This document shows, piece by piece, positions 48,151-58,445 of a stretch of DNA of 64,000 bases. The position numbers and the translations under genes are program-made. A model generated the notes under the pieces. That model made no database searches, was not told the DNA's origin, and saw only the letters and a list, made by a program, of their open reading frames with translations. Each line of letters begins with the position of its first letter. Positions within the stretch are counted from its first letter, which is position 1. Where the stretch lies: positions 186,001 to 250,000 of IMG/VR virus record IMGVR_UViG_3300022935_000005; one strand, written 5' to 3'.

Positions 48151-48981
48151 ATGAGTAAAGAGAGAAAACACATACTTCACATTCACGTTCCCAAGACAGG
48201 CGGGACTTGGTTCAACAGAGTCATGCACGAGCACCTGGGTACCGCATTTACTAGTGCCGATCACAACGCTGTCGAGTGGGCCGTCGAGGGCACGATGAAG
48301 GTCCCGTTCTGGATCACAAGCGGAGCTGAGCACGTCGCTATAACGCTGCAAGGCATCGATGCCGAGGGTAACCGCGTCCCAAACCTCCTCCGCCCGGAGA
48401 TTTACACGCGAGTCGGCATCTGCCGGAATCCGTTCGAGCTGCTTGTGAGTCACTGGAGCCACGACCACCCCGCTGACCGCGAGCGTGCCGCTCGCTGGGG
48501 CGCGCTGCCAGCCGGCCCGGTCGGTTGGGACTGCACCAACGCGGTTCACGGCATCTCAAGTTTTGACGGCTTCATCAAACGCCTGACAGATCCTGAGTTT
48601 CCCTGGGCTCACGCAACGTTGCAGCAGTCGCTGCACTACCAGTTACTGACGACAAAACGCCCACCCCGGGTCACTGTTGACTATGTGCTGAGGAACGAGC
48701 GGTTGACGGAGGCAACGCGAGAGCTCTTGGGCTTTCTGGGCATTGAACCCAATGAGACCACGCTCGCGAGCGATCGCGCCAGCAACAGCAGCCGCCACCG
48801 AGACTACCGGAGCTACTATACCGACGAGTTGCGCGAGCTTGTGGAGACCCACTATGCCCGAGACCTGGACACGCTTGGGTACGATTTTGACGGGTCAACG
48901 ATCGACGCGGCGTGGTTTGCCATGGACCCTGCTGAAGAGCTGCCCGAGACCGCCATTGACACATATGTGTTAAAGGTGTAA
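48151..48981 (+). CDS. sulfotransferase family 2-like protein
   Basis: LHIHVPKTGGT, CRNPFELLVS, LRNERL, YRSYYTDELRELV..YARDL..GYDF; visibly GC-rich. Confidence 0.8.
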   Translation: MSKERKHILHIHVPKTGGTWFNRVMHEHLGTAFTSADHNAVEWAVEGTMKVPFWITSGAEHVAITLQGIDAEGNRVPNLLRPEIYTRVGICRNPFELLVSHWSHDHPADRERAARWGALPAGPVGWDCTNAVHGISSFDGFIKRLTDPEFPWAHATLQQSLHYQLLTTKRPPRVTVDYVLRNERLTEATRELLGFLGIEPNETTLASDRASNSSRHRDYRSYYTDELRELVETHYARDLDTLGYDFDGSTIDAAWFAMDPAEELPETAIDTYVLKV

Positions 48982-48994
48982 TTGCTCGACAATC

Positions 48995-49024
48995 GTGCAA
49001 AGGTGCACCCACTTAGTGTATAAT
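48995..49024 (+). promoter_or_regulatory. sigma70-like promoter, AATCGTGCAA class
   Basis: GTGCAA-18 nt-TATAAT then ATGTTGGTGGGG hairpin. Confidence 0.65.
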
Positions 49025-49466
49025 ATAGATGTTGGTGGGGCTGATCCCCCAACACTGGAGAGTGCTCATGGACATCATCGTTACCGACAAGATCACCGCC
49101 GTCTGGGGCCGCGATGTTACCGGCGTCAAGTACGTCCTCAACATCATTGAGACCGAAAACCTGACTCTGCCCCGCACCGCCGCCACCGGTCTCACCGGTG
49201 CCGACCTGGGCTGGACTGCCTACCCCACGGCGCGGGTGACCCTCGACCGTCGGGCGCGATGACGCGCTATGATGATACCACCGGGCCTGCGCCGGGCACG
49301 CTTGTCGCTAACTGCAACGAGTTCAGCGCTTGTTACGGGAGTGTTGGCCTTGTCATTGAGGAAAACCGGTCGACGCTCGCCGCTCTCGTTTACTTTTTTG
49401 TTGACCAGAAAATGCGACCTGAACGCTGGGTGTACTGGCGACACTTGTGCGATGTGGAGGATGTAG

Positions 49467-49928
49467 ATGACGCGCAACTCACTTGACTTTTTCTCTGGTC
49501 GATCACAGGATGGGTTTGACCGCTTTGATCCGGATCCCTATGTGACCCAAACCCGGGACCACTTCCTGGCGCTGGTCGGCGGCGAGTTTGATTACTACGG
49601 TGCTGACGGTGCCGAGCATGAGTTCAAGATTGACGGCATTGTCTTCAGGGTCCTTGAGGATCCCCAAGACGGGTACCGAAGCTGCCTGGGCGTGATCGAG
49701 TACAGCCCCGACCAGAGCCGCGGGATCTTCTTCACTCAACCTCTGGCGCGAGTCCGGCTGGAACAGTACGACTTGTACAAGGGCGATGACGTCTACAACG
49801 AGGCGTGTCAAGGGTACCGGTTGGTCGACGTTGATGACGCTCACGTCTGGCTTGAGTTCGGGACTGACAACTACAATGACTACTACCCGATATTCATCTT
49901 CCGGCACTGGGCAAAACCGCCGGCATAG
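49467..49928 (+). CDS. conserved-looking phage hypothetical protein
   Basis: VLEDPQDGYRS..LEFGTDNYNDYYPIF. Confidence 0.55.
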   Translation: MTRNSLDFFSGRSQDGFDRFDPDPYVTQTRDHFLALVGGEFDYYGADGAEHEFKIDGIVFRVLEDPQDGYRSCLGVIEYSPDQSRGIFFTQPLARVRLEQYDLYKGDDVYNEACQGYRLVDVDDAHVWLEFGTDNYNDYYPIFIFRHWAKPPA

Positions 49929-50953
49929 TTTTGAAAATCGTGCAAAACGCACTCGCTCTATGGTATTATAATGATGTTGGTGGGGATTGGACCCCACTCA
50001 CGAAACAAGAGGTGACAATGCGTTGCAACTACAATTGGGTTCAGGTTCGCCGGCGTGGCGAGTGGGTTGACAACGATGAGGGGTATAACTACCGTTACTG
50101 CCCGTGCTGCGCTCGGACCACCGAGCATGATCTCGACAAGTGCGTTCCCTGTGACGACCGGCGCGCCCGCGCCCGGCGGCGCTAGGGGGTGGTGATGAAG
50201 ACTGCTGAGGTTCACGTTTCTTTTGACGGCTCTGACTGGCGCAACCGGTTCACGATGCGGAGCCCGACAGGTCGTGTTGTCACTCTGCATTGCAACGGCA
50301 AGTGGAGCAAGATGAGCCGGGAGCTGCGGCGCCTCGTCAATAAGTACCAGTTCGCAGACGCGGCAGACATTCCCTGGGGTAGTACACGGAAAGAAACTGT
50401 TACTTACGACGTGATGGCTGAGATCCTGAGCCTCAGCAAGGTGTACTAATGGAGCTCAACGTCGGAGACATCGTCACCTGCAACTGCGAGGCGAAGACGT
50501 GGTACCAGGGAATCCCTGGCATCATTGTCGAGATTGACGCGCTCAAGGACGTTCATGTCCTCTATGACAACGGTCGGGTCATTCGCCTTGCCCGTTCTGG
50601 GTTGGTGCTGGCATGAAGGTCGGTGATGTTGTTCTCATGATCGGTGTTCGGGGCATGGGGGTCGAAGTCACAGCTGTTGTGGGAGTCATCATGGCACCCT
50701 GGAAGATTGATGACTGGTGGGAGGTCATGACACCGCATCACGGTATCATTCACTGGCCTGAGAGTCAGATGCAGAGAGTGGAGATGGGCGATGATGAAAC
50801 CCGGTGATCTTGTGTACGATCATGACCTGGATATGATGGGCCTTGTGATCAATGAGTGGGCAAAGGGGGAGAAGTCAACACTGTTCCAGGTCATGTTCAG
50901 CACCAGCTTCCTCACCATCTGCTCAAGTTCGGACCCAAGCACGGAGGTGATTA

Positions 50954-51292
50954 GTGAAAATCAGAACTAGCGCGCTTGACGGCGAGACGCTCGTCATTGA
51001 GATCGAAGAGGGAGACGACAACGAGCTTGTTCGGCTGCTTGACGGACCTCGTCCCAACGGCTTTGCTGTGTTCGGTCCTGAGGTCCCGGCACCTATTGCC
51101 GTCATTGACGGTCGGATCCTCAACACGGGTCTGACACCCGATCATTTGCTTGCCGTCGAGGCTCACGAGCTCGGGCACATCCACGAAAATACGATTGTTG
51201 AGCGCGTTGCAGAACAGTTCGCTGTCGACTTGCTTGAAGAGCTGGGTTTGGTGGAGGCTCGGCAGATCTTGCTCGCGAGGGGTATTGTCTAG
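50954..51292 (+). CDS. small HExxH metallopeptidase-like protein
   Basis: AVEAHELGHI..ERVAEQFA. Confidence 0.55.
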   Translation: MKIRTSALDGETLVIEIEEGDDNELVRLLDGPRPNGFAVFGPEVPAPIAVIDGRILNTGLTPDHLLAVEAHELGHIHENTIVERVAEQFAVDLLEELGLVEARQILLARGIV

Positions 51293-51636
51293 AATGCTCT
51301 CTGTACACACTTACACGATCCGTTAATATTATCCAAGGAGAACAGCAATGCGTATCACAGTACCTTACACAGCCATCTTCCGCAACCCTGATGGGACCTA
51401 TGAGTTCGAATACATCGAGCTCCCACAAGGGATTCGAGCAGCTCGACAGTGGTTGGACACTGACTTGCACTTGAACCTGCAGGGCGATGTTGAAGTCGCG
51501 GCCCTGATCCCTGGAGTTCACACGACAGATCTTCCAAAGAGAATGGAGAAAAACTGCGCGTAACCTGTATAAGAGACTGCTGAGAGTGCTATATTAGATA
51601 TAAGGGCGCGCCCTACTCTTCTTAGGACACTCATCA

Positions 51637-52128
51637 ATGATACTCACACTACAGTTACTTCTCTTTGTGGGAGGGCACGCTATTAGCGCCCTCCTTTTTT
51701 ATTTTTTCCACAGGGTGATCTTTCACGGACCCTTGGCACGCTATCCAGTTTTCAAACAGTGGGCTGCCATTCACACTCGGCATCACGCTCGTCCCGGCGA
51801 ACCCGGAGCATTTTTCTTCACATGGTGGGCGAATGCTGCGATCTGGGCACTCACAGCATCAGCACTTTACGCTGCCCCCGCTTTCGGAGCCGGGATGATC
51901 AGCTTCTTCTGTGTGTATGCCTACAATCACATCTCGGCGCATGCTGGCTCTCCATCACGCCAGTCCCATCACCACCTGAGCCACCACTATGTTGCTCCAA
52001 AGGCGAACTTTTCAGTATCATATCCAGCGCTCGATAAGCTCTTTGGATCATACCACCGCGTAAGCCCGGATGCGTTAGCAGCGAAAATAATAAGAGTTCA
52101 GAGAAGTGAAAAGAAAAAATGTGATTGA
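51637..52128 (+). CDS. fatty acid hydroxylase / sterol desaturase-like membrane protein
   Basis: His boxes HRVIFH, HTRHH, HISAH, HHLSHH; NFSV..DKLFGS. Confidence 0.75.
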   Translation: MILTLQLLLFVGGHAISALLFYFFHRVIFHGPLARYPVFKQWAAIHTRHHARPGEPGAFFFTWWANAAIWALTASALYAAPAFGAGMISFFCVYAYNHISAHAGSPSRQSHHHLSHHYVAPKANFSVSYPALDKLFGSYHRVSPDALAAKIIRVQRSEKKKCD

Positions 52129-52298
52129 AGCCGTGGACTTCCGTTAACTTTGCGCGGAGTCCATTATATTTAAAAGCATGGTGGGATTGCATGGTCTGAG
52201 CCCACCGTAAAATAAAATGAGACTGGACATAAGCACTTGCCTACGCATCCTGTTGAGCCCAGTCAGATTTTCGATGATTTAGACTTAGGAGTTCCAGA

Positions 52299-52526
52299 AT
52301 GAAAATCACAAAGAACCAACTTAGAAGAATTATCCGGGAAGAGCGCGCTAAGCTTGCACGTGGCAGAGCTGTTAACGAACAGTACTCACCGGGTCCCGAG
52401 GAGCGCCGCGCACGGTCCGCGATCGACCAGATTGTCACAGACTTTCTAGAGAGCGATGAGGGTGATCCGGCGTTAATTGCAGAGATTCTGAGAGAGATTG
52501 CCAACGACGTCGACGAAGAAATGTAG
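52299..52526 (+). CDS. MKITK-leader small acidic protein
   Basis: MKITKNQLRRIIREERAKL. Confidence 0.7.
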   Translation: MKITKNQLRRIIREERAKLARGRAVNEQYSPGPEERRARSAIDQIVTDFLESDEGDPALIAEILREIANDVDEEM

Positions 52527-52541
52527 TGGTCTGGGGGCGGC

Positions 52542-53078
52542 ATGAGAATCACAAAGAGACAACTTAGAAGAATTATCCGAGAAGCGATTGATGTTGTTGA
52601 TAGAGACACTGGCGAAGTTATGCGCTTTTCTGATGATAGTAGCGACAGCATGGCAGATCTTCCTGAAAAAGCCTGGCCTGACCTGGTAAAGCGGCTTGGG
52701 TTGAGCCCTAAAGACGTGGGTCTTGATGCTGCCGGTAATCAAGGATTTGAGCTAGACCAGAATGAGTTTATACGCCTTGACAACGAGACTCGTGAAAAAG
52801 CCTACAACCGTAAGATGAAAAAACAGGCAGCTGCCTACAAGGCTGATCGGGAAAGATTGGATATCGACAATCTCCTCGAGAGACTCCGCTATTGGGCACA
52901 AGACGCAGCGTCTGATTACATGGCTGACAATCCAGACACCGACCTGCAGGATATCGCCTATGACCTTGCGGACGCTTGGCAATTCGCGTTCGAAGAAGAT
53001 GAACGAGAAGAACTGTTGTGGCACTTTGACGGTGACCTTAACGACCTTAAGATTTTCGCAGCGGAGAGTATGGGATGA
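52542..53078 (+). CDS. MKITK-leader acidic protein
   Basis: MRITKRQLRRIIREA. Confidence 0.7.
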   Translation: MRITKRQLRRIIREAIDVVDRDTGEVMRFSDDSSDSMADLPEKAWPDLVKRLGLSPKDVGLDAAGNQGFELDQNEFIRLDNETREKAYNRKMKKQAAAYKADRERLDIDNLLERLRYWAQDAASDYMADNPDTDLQDIAYDLADAWQFAFEEDEREELLWHFDGDLNDLKIFAAESMG

Positions 53079-53371
53079 AAATCACAAAACGTCAACTACG
53101 AAGAATCATTAAGGAAGAGAAAGCTCGCATTTTGGCTGAGCAACAACTTGATCCTCAAGTTGCCGCCCAAGCTCTTGCGGAGCTAAAGAACGATGGGTGG
53201 TTTAGTATGATACAAACAGCGGCTACTGACGCAGCTGGTGACCTTGAGCAGCTCAGTGATCAGGTTGATGTCAAGTTAATGGACGCCGGCCTGAACGAGC
53301 TTGCCGTAGATATCAGAAGTGTTGTTGAGCTATTGGACAAGATTAGACAAGCAGCGTACGGTCAGAGGTAA
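53075..53371 (+). CDS. MKITK-leader small acidic protein
   Basis: MKITKRQLRRIIKEEKARILAE. Confidence 0.7.
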   Translation: MKITKRQLRRIIKEEKARILAEQQLDPQVAAQALAELKNDGWFSMIQTAATDAAGDLEQLSDQVDVKLMDAGLNELAVDIRSVVELLDKIRQAAYGQR

Positions 53372-53476
53372 CATGATGAAAAAAAAGCTAATGGAGCTGC
53401 AAAAGCTCGCTAGAGATATTCGCGTGAATGTCCAACCGACAGCTGAGCAATCAGCAAGCAAACGAGGGAGTTTCGA

Positions 53477-53932
53477 ATGAAAATTACAAAGACGCAACTA
53501 AGACAGATTGTTAGAGAAAGCGCAGCGATGGACGATGCTGTTTATGAGGCTGGCTACAAAGACGCGATGCAAGATCGCCCACATGGTGCTAATGCAGATA
53601 TGCGTGATATGGATCCAAGATCATATGACTACGGTTTCGATAAGGGTACCGCTGACCGCATGGACATGCAGCGACCGCTTGGAACCAGAGGGTTTTACGA
53701 AGGTAAGGTGAGAATCAAAAAGAGCGACCTTCAAAGAATCGTCAAGGAAGAGCTTATGTCTGAAGTCCGGACCGACGCGGACCTTGAAATGGACGCTATG
53801 TGGGACGAACTGTTTCAGGCACTAAAGAACAAAAGCTTCGGACTTGACCACGGTCTAGAAAGAGATGAAATTTACATCATGACAGGTGCTGCTGAGGGCA
53901 TCACGGTCAAGATAATGCGAAGAGGTCGATAA
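53477..53932 (+). CDS. protein with two MKITK-type leaders
   Basis: MKITKTQLRQIVRE and internal VRIKKSDLQRIVKEELMSE. Confidence 0.7.
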   Translation: MKITKTQLRQIVRESAAMDDAVYEAGYKDAMQDRPHGANADMRDMDPRSYDYGFDKGTADRMDMQRPLGTRGFYEGKVRIKKSDLQRIVKEELMSEVRTDADLEMDAMWDELFQALKNKSFGLDHGLERDEIYIMTGAAEGITVKIMRRGR

Positions 53933-54159
53933 TGCGTATTGCAAAGTCAGAGCTTAGAAGAATTATTGCAGAAGAGAGAGCAAAGCTTCAAGAACAGCGC
54001 CGCGGCCCAAGCGAAGCGCAAATAGAAGACGCCGTCTCTGGGATCGAGTTTGAGTTAAACAGACTGTATGACCAAGGGATGGATAACGCTGGCTTGCACA
54101 AAGTGCTCGACCAGATTAAGATTGACATTGACCGTGGATTTGTAGGAGAGCCAAGATGA
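53932..54159 (+). CDS. MKITK-leader small protein
   Basis: MRIAKSELRRIIAEERAKLQE. Confidence 0.7.
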   Translation: MRIAKSELRRIIAEERAKLQEQRRGPSEAQIEDAVSGIEFELNRLYDQGMDNAGLHKVLDQIKIDIDRGFVGEPR

Positions 54160-54416
54160 AAATCACAAAGAACCAATTACGAAGAATCATCAAAGAAGAG
54201 CGTGCTAAGCTGCTCAAAGAAGGTGGATATCGTCACCCGAAAACCGGTGAGGATCTGCTTCTTATGTTAAATGACGTCGTCGACAAACTCATGGACGCTG
54301 GTATGGATTTCTACGAGCTTGCTGATGAACTTCGAGGTTTGGCTGATGATGTGGAAAACAGCCAGCCTGAAGAGTCTCCGAAATTTATCGACATGACAGA
54401 TCCAAGGGAGTTGTAA
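54156..54416 (+). CDS. MKITK-leader small acidic protein
   Basis: MKITKNQLRRIIKEERAKLLKE. Confidence 0.7.
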   Translation: MKITKNQLRRIIKEERAKLLKEGGYRHPKTGEDLLLMLNDVVDKLMDAGMDFYELADELRGLADDVENSQPEESPKFIDMTDPREL

Positions 54417-54805
54417 TGAAAATCACGAAGAGCCAACTAAGAAGAATCATTAAGGAAGAGAAGGCGAAGCTGCTCAAAGAGTATGGCGCTATGAACATGG
54501 AAGCCCTGAGCCCGCTGGTTCAGTTTGGACAGGCGTATGTTGGTCTCGGCGATGCAGTTCAGTCACAGCTGATTGATCTTGTCAATGCACACATCGAAGG
54601 ACGCATCGAAGACGCAGTATATGAGATGAATCCAAATGCACTTGACATGGCGTTCCAGAGATTACAGCAACCCTTATCTGCTCTAGCAAGAGCAGGTAGC
54701 GAAGACGCCGAGGAAGTGATGGATGCCATGGAGGCAGCTGCTGAAATATTCGCAGAGGGCGACGCAGAAGTGGACGCCGATGCACGAGCTGCAGGAGATA
54801 TATAA
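54416..54805 (+). CDS. MKITK-leader acidic protein
   Basis: MKITKSQLRRIIKEEKAKLLKE. Confidence 0.7.
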   Translation: MKITKSQLRRIIKEEKAKLLKEYGAMNMEALSPLVQFGQAYVGLGDAVQSQLIDLVNAHIEGRIEDAVYEMNPNALDMAFQRLQQPLSALARAGSEDAEEVMDAMEAAAEIFAEGDAEVDADARAAGDI

Positions 54806-54806
54806 A

Positions 54807-55124
54807 ATGAAAATCACAAAGAACCAACTTAGAAGAATTATCAAAGAAGAGAAGACAAAACTTCTCGTTGAGATGAACGCTGTGGCAGACGCCGAGCGCT
54901 CCCTGGGTTTGTACGCTAACGCATCCACAGTCGACAAGCTGTCTAGCGCCCTACAAAGTCTTTTGATGGAAGTCGAAACAGGTGCGATTGAAGACGGTCT
55001 TGAAGAAGATGAAGCTGAAGACATGGCAGCGAACGCTGGACTCATGGCAGTCGCTAACGCATTCCAGTCAGTGGGTATGATTGCTGAATACGACGCACTA
55101 TACAGATTACTACAGCGGGGTTAA
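54807..55124 (+). CDS. MKITK-leader acidic protein
   Basis: MKITKNQLRRIIKEEKTKLLVE; start moved to ATG 54807 after AGGAG. Confidence 0.7.
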   Translation: MKITKNQLRRIIKEEKTKLLVEMNAVADAERSLGLYANASTVDKLSSALQSLLMEVETGAIEDGLEEDEAEDMAANAGLMAVANAFQSVGMIAEYDALYRLLQRG

Positions 55125-55130
55125 GACAAG

Positions 55131-55424
55131 ATGAAAATCACAAAGAACCAACTGCGAAGAATTATCAAGGAAGAGAAAGCGAAGCTTATGAACGAGCAGT
55201 TCAATTTTGCTGCTGCCGATCAAGAGATGATTAAGTGCGCTACACAGATGGGAGCTCTATTGGCAGGCCGGCCTGACGTTGCCACGGCAGTCCGTGATGC
55301 TCTAGCTGCAGGTCCTTTTAAGAAGGGAGCCGAGGCTCTTTTTAAAGCGTATGAGTCTGCACAAGCTGCTGCCGACACAGAGTACATGAGCTTTGGTGCC
55401 GGATACGATGACGACGATTTTTAG
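55131..55424 (+). CDS. MKITK-leader small protein
   Basis: MKITKNQLRRIIKEEKAKLMNE. Confidence 0.7.
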   Translation: MKITKNQLRRIIKEEKAKLMNEQFNFAAADQEMIKCATQMGALLAGRPDVATAVRDALAAGPFKKGAEALFKAYESAQAAADTEYMSFGAGYDDDDF

Positions 55425-55439
55425 GACTAGGAGAACAAA

Positions 55440-55901
55440 ATGAAAATCACAAAAAGACAATTACTTAGAATAATCAGAGAAGAAAAGGCCCGCATCGCTG
55501 AGCAGACTGTAGGTGTTGAAGACGTTTCTCAGTCAGAGGATGCGTTCGGTGGTGGAGACGTCGAGGAGGAGATCTTTGTCGATGCAGATGCCGATTCTTT
55601 ACTGAACCAGAACGATGATCCCGGTGAGGTTACCGACATCGAGGTCATACCTGAGCGTGTACGTTTGAAGAGACACCTCCGCAAGATTGTGTCAGAAGTT
55701 GCTGGCGGTGGTGGAGCGCTTCCTCCCGTTGATGACCTCGCTACTAAGCTTGCTAGTGTTGGATCTGAAGAAGCTCTTGACTTTATCCAGCGTGTTCTTG
55801 CCGCTATGTCGCGTAAAGCTGGCGCCTCGGCGGCTCCCGCTGAAGATGCAGTGGTAGAACCACCGGCTCCAATGCCCCCGGTTCCTGACGAAGAAGTTTA
55901 A
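55440..55901 (+). CDS. MKITK-leader very acidic protein with second internal motif
   Basis: MKITKRQLLRIIREEKARIAE; internal LKRHLRKIVSE. Confidence 0.7.
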   Translation: MKITKRQLLRIIREEKARIAEQTVGVEDVSQSEDAFGGGDVEEEIFVDADADSLLNQNDDPGEVTDIEVIPERVRLKRHLRKIVSEVAGGGGALPPVDDLATKLASVGSEEALDFIQRVLAAMSRKAGASAAPAEDAVVEPPAPMPPVPDEEV

Positions 55902-55925
55902 TTAGCTAGAAGAGGAGGATGCCTC

Positions 55926-56690
55926 ATGGAAAGCAAAAGCTTACGTCTTATAAGACAACTTATACGCGAATCTCTCCTCGCTGAAGGTGTCTATGATCCG
56001 GGGGTCCTGAAAGCTGTTTTTATGGCTGGCGGACCAGGAAGTGGAAAAAGCTTCACTGCTAAGAAGATCTTTGGTGTACCGAGAGAAGTTGCAGCATACG
56101 CGACAGGTACTGCTAGCGGCTTGAAGCTTGTCAATTCAGATCCAGCATTTGAACATTTCCTCAAGAAAGCGGGTATCGATCCTGCTAGCCTTGGAAAGAT
56201 GTCAAAAGAGGAGTTCGAAGCTGTAACAGTCGGACCCGATAGTCCACGTGGTAAGGCAAAGACTCTCAGGGGCCAAGCTCAAGAACTATATCAGGGCGGC
56301 CGACTAGGGCTAGTCATCGACGGCACTGGAGACGACTTTGAAAAGATTAGTCGGAAGAAAGGTGAGCTTGAAAAGCTTGGGTACGATACCTACATGATTT
56401 TCGTCAACACCTCAGAAGAAGTGGCACTACAAAGAAACAGAGATCGTGAACGCAAGCTTCCTGACGAACTCGTATCTCAGATCTGGGGTGATGTCCAAAA
56501 GAACCTCGGCGCGTTTCAACAACTCTTCGGTTCTGACCGCATCGCGATTATTGACAATACAGAGTACGGTCCAGTTCCAGAAAAAGTCCAGAAAGCCGTT
56601 GACAAGTTCATCTCTCAACCAGTTAAGAATATCATCGGTAAGAAGTGGATTGAGAACGAGCTTCGTATGAAAGACCGCTCTGACAAATAA
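55926..56690 (+). CDS. leader-bearing P-loop kinase (zeta-toxin/AAA_33-like)
   Basis: LRLIRQLIRESLLAE; AVFMAGGPGSGKS, VNSD, LVIDGTG, ALQRNRDRER. Confidence 0.75.
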   Translation: MESKSLRLIRQLIRESLLAEGVYDPGVLKAVFMAGGPGSGKSFTAKKIFGVPREVAAYATGTASGLKLVNSDPAFEHFLKKAGIDPASLGKMSKEEFEAVTVGPDSPRGKAKTLRGQAQELYQGGRLGLVIDGTGDDFEKISRKKGELEKLGYDTYMIFVNTSEEVALQRNRDRERKLPDELVSQIWGDVQKNLGAFQQLFGSDRIAIIDNTEYGPVPEKVQKAVDKFISQPVKNIIGKKWIENELRMKDRSDK

Positions 56691-56712
56691 ATAACCAATA
56701 ATTTTGAAAATC

Positions 56713-56741
56713 GTGCAATTGACTGCTCCCTGTGGTATAAT
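56713..56741 (+). promoter_or_regulatory. sigma70-like promoter, AATCGTGCAA class
   Basis: GTGCAA-17 nt-TATAAT. Confidence 0.65.
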
Positions 56742-56794
56742 AAGAATGTAAGAGGGTAGGGGAAATGGTTCCCCACCTAACCATAGGAGTCAAC

Positions 56795-57610
56795 ATGCCC
56801 CGTAAGTCCCGCACTCTTCGTCTTCAGCAGGCTCAAGCCCTCGAGGCTGCGTGGGCAAAGTCTCCCTTCATCAACGACTACCGCCACCGGTTCATCCGTG
56901 ATATGATCGCTCGGCTCGAGCGTGATCGCGGTACATCCACCAAGCAGCGAAACTGGCTGGACACTCTCATCGAGGAGGGCGTCCCGGTTGTCGAGAACAA
57001 GAACCCCGAGCTCACGGCGCAGATTGATGCTGCCATTGCGGCTTTCGCCGCAGCTGGCACTTCCTACGACTGGGAGCACAACGTCCTCGTCGACATGCGA
57101 CCTCGAGTTCTTCTCGGTAAGTCGATGTCGGAAAAGCAGATGGGCCTTCTTACTCGGCTCTGCTTTGACGGCGAGCAGCTCGCGAAGGGTAACGTCTGGA
57201 CACCAGACGAAGAAACAATCGAACAACTCAAGAACGCCGTACGCCTCTACAAGGGTTACGCCGTGCAGTGGCGGGCAGAGCGCCCAGCGGTTTTCCGAGC
57301 TGTCACCGATGTCGAAAACTTCCTAAACCTGGGTGATCAGCTCAAAGCAGCCGCGGCCGATAAGCTCCTCAATGCTGTTTCTGGCAAGCTCAAGAAGGTC
57401 AATAAGCCTCGCTTCAAGACTGGAGACGTTGGCAAGAAAACCGTGACCAAATGGAACCCGTCCACCCACCGCCACGAAGCTGTTGAAACCCAGCGCCTTG
57501 TCTGCGTGAGTGATGTGTATGTCACTAAAGACGGGTTGATCGTCAATGACTGGCTACTCCCCACTGGTGAGTTCAAGACTATTGCTGCTGAGCAGGTGGC
57601 AAAGCGATGA
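56795..57610 (+). CDS. hypothetical protein, GC-rich
   Basis: ATG 56795 after AGGAG; repeated S-x-KQ motifs. Confidence 0.55.
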   Translation: MPRKSRTLRLQQAQALEAAWAKSPFINDYRHRFIRDMIARLERDRGTSTKQRNWLDTLIEEGVPVVENKNPELTAQIDAAIAAFAAAGTSYDWEHNVLVDMRPRVLLGKSMSEKQMGLLTRLCFDGEQLAKGNVWTPDEETIEQLKNAVRLYKGYAVQWRAERPAVFRAVTDVENFLNLGDQLKAAAADKLLNAVSGKLKKVNKPRFKTGDVGKKTVTKWNPSTHRHEAVETQRLVCVSDVYVTKDGLIVNDWLLPTGEFKTIAAEQVAKR

Positions 57611-57986
57611 ATAAAAGCCAGCTCAATTGGTATGTCGGCAAAGTTGTCTATGATCACGCGTACTTCAAGACTGGTCTTGTGATTCGTACTCCCGCTAGCT
57701 GGACAGATACTGATGGTCAAGACCATGCTTGGGATTTCGATATCTTGTACGAAGATGGTGAACTCGGGCAAGCTGATCTAGATGAGCTAGAGGTGGTAAA
57801 TGCCGAAACTCAAGAAGGGTGATCTGGTCCGGCTTAAAGGCGATTGGACACCTGAAGATGAATACTACAAACCAATGCTCGTTGTTGGTACATTCACTCG
57901 AAACAAGAGAGAAGGACAATGGGTTGTGTGCTTACGAGGCGAAGAAACCATATCGTATACTGCGCTGATGCTGGATAAAGTAGGAG

Positions 57987-58202
57987 ATGACAATGACTGA
58001 CAAGTGGCCACAATGCTGGGACTGCGGCGACGAGTTCAATCCGAAGAGAAAAGCTCTTGGATACGAGCACTGCCTTAGCTGTGGAGACGATTACGCTCAG
58101 AAAGAGGCGATCAGAAAAAGTAAGTGCACGGCCCCAGCTTATAATAAAGGTAACTATGTGTACATCAGTTCTAAAGCTGACGCTAGAGATATTGGGAGGT
58201 AG
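57987..58202 (+). CDS. TraR/DksA-type C4 zinc-finger protein
   Basis: CWDCGDEFNPKRKALGYEHCLSC. Confidence 0.55.
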   Translation: MTMTDKWPQCWDCGDEFNPKRKALGYEHCLSCGDDYAQKEAIRKSKCTAPAYNKGNYVYISSKADARDIGR

Positions 58203-58445
58203 AAATGGGATTTGAAGTCGGTGATACAGTCATGTGGACAGACACAGAGTCACCCTACTCTAAGTGGTTCTATAGCCAGATAGGTGTAATTAAGAACATC
58301 ACCAACGGTCACTGTAGGGTAAACTGGCTCTTTCCAGTGAAGTATTACAACACATACGTAAAGTCTAGCGATTTTGGGTTAGTGCACTTTTCAAAGCCGC
58401 AGATGAAAAGCTAGTACTTCGAAACTATTATTTTAAGGGGGCGTC

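Noticed and set aside
52299-55500. Regularly recurring ~40-nt DNA repeat as a CRISPR array
   Set aside because: Repeats are degenerate, in frame at gene starts and hundreds of nt apart; no cas genes.
55926-56690. Zeta toxin-antitoxin module
   Set aside because: Only a generic P-loop kinase pattern is visible and there is no epsilon-like partner; substrate cannot be assigned.
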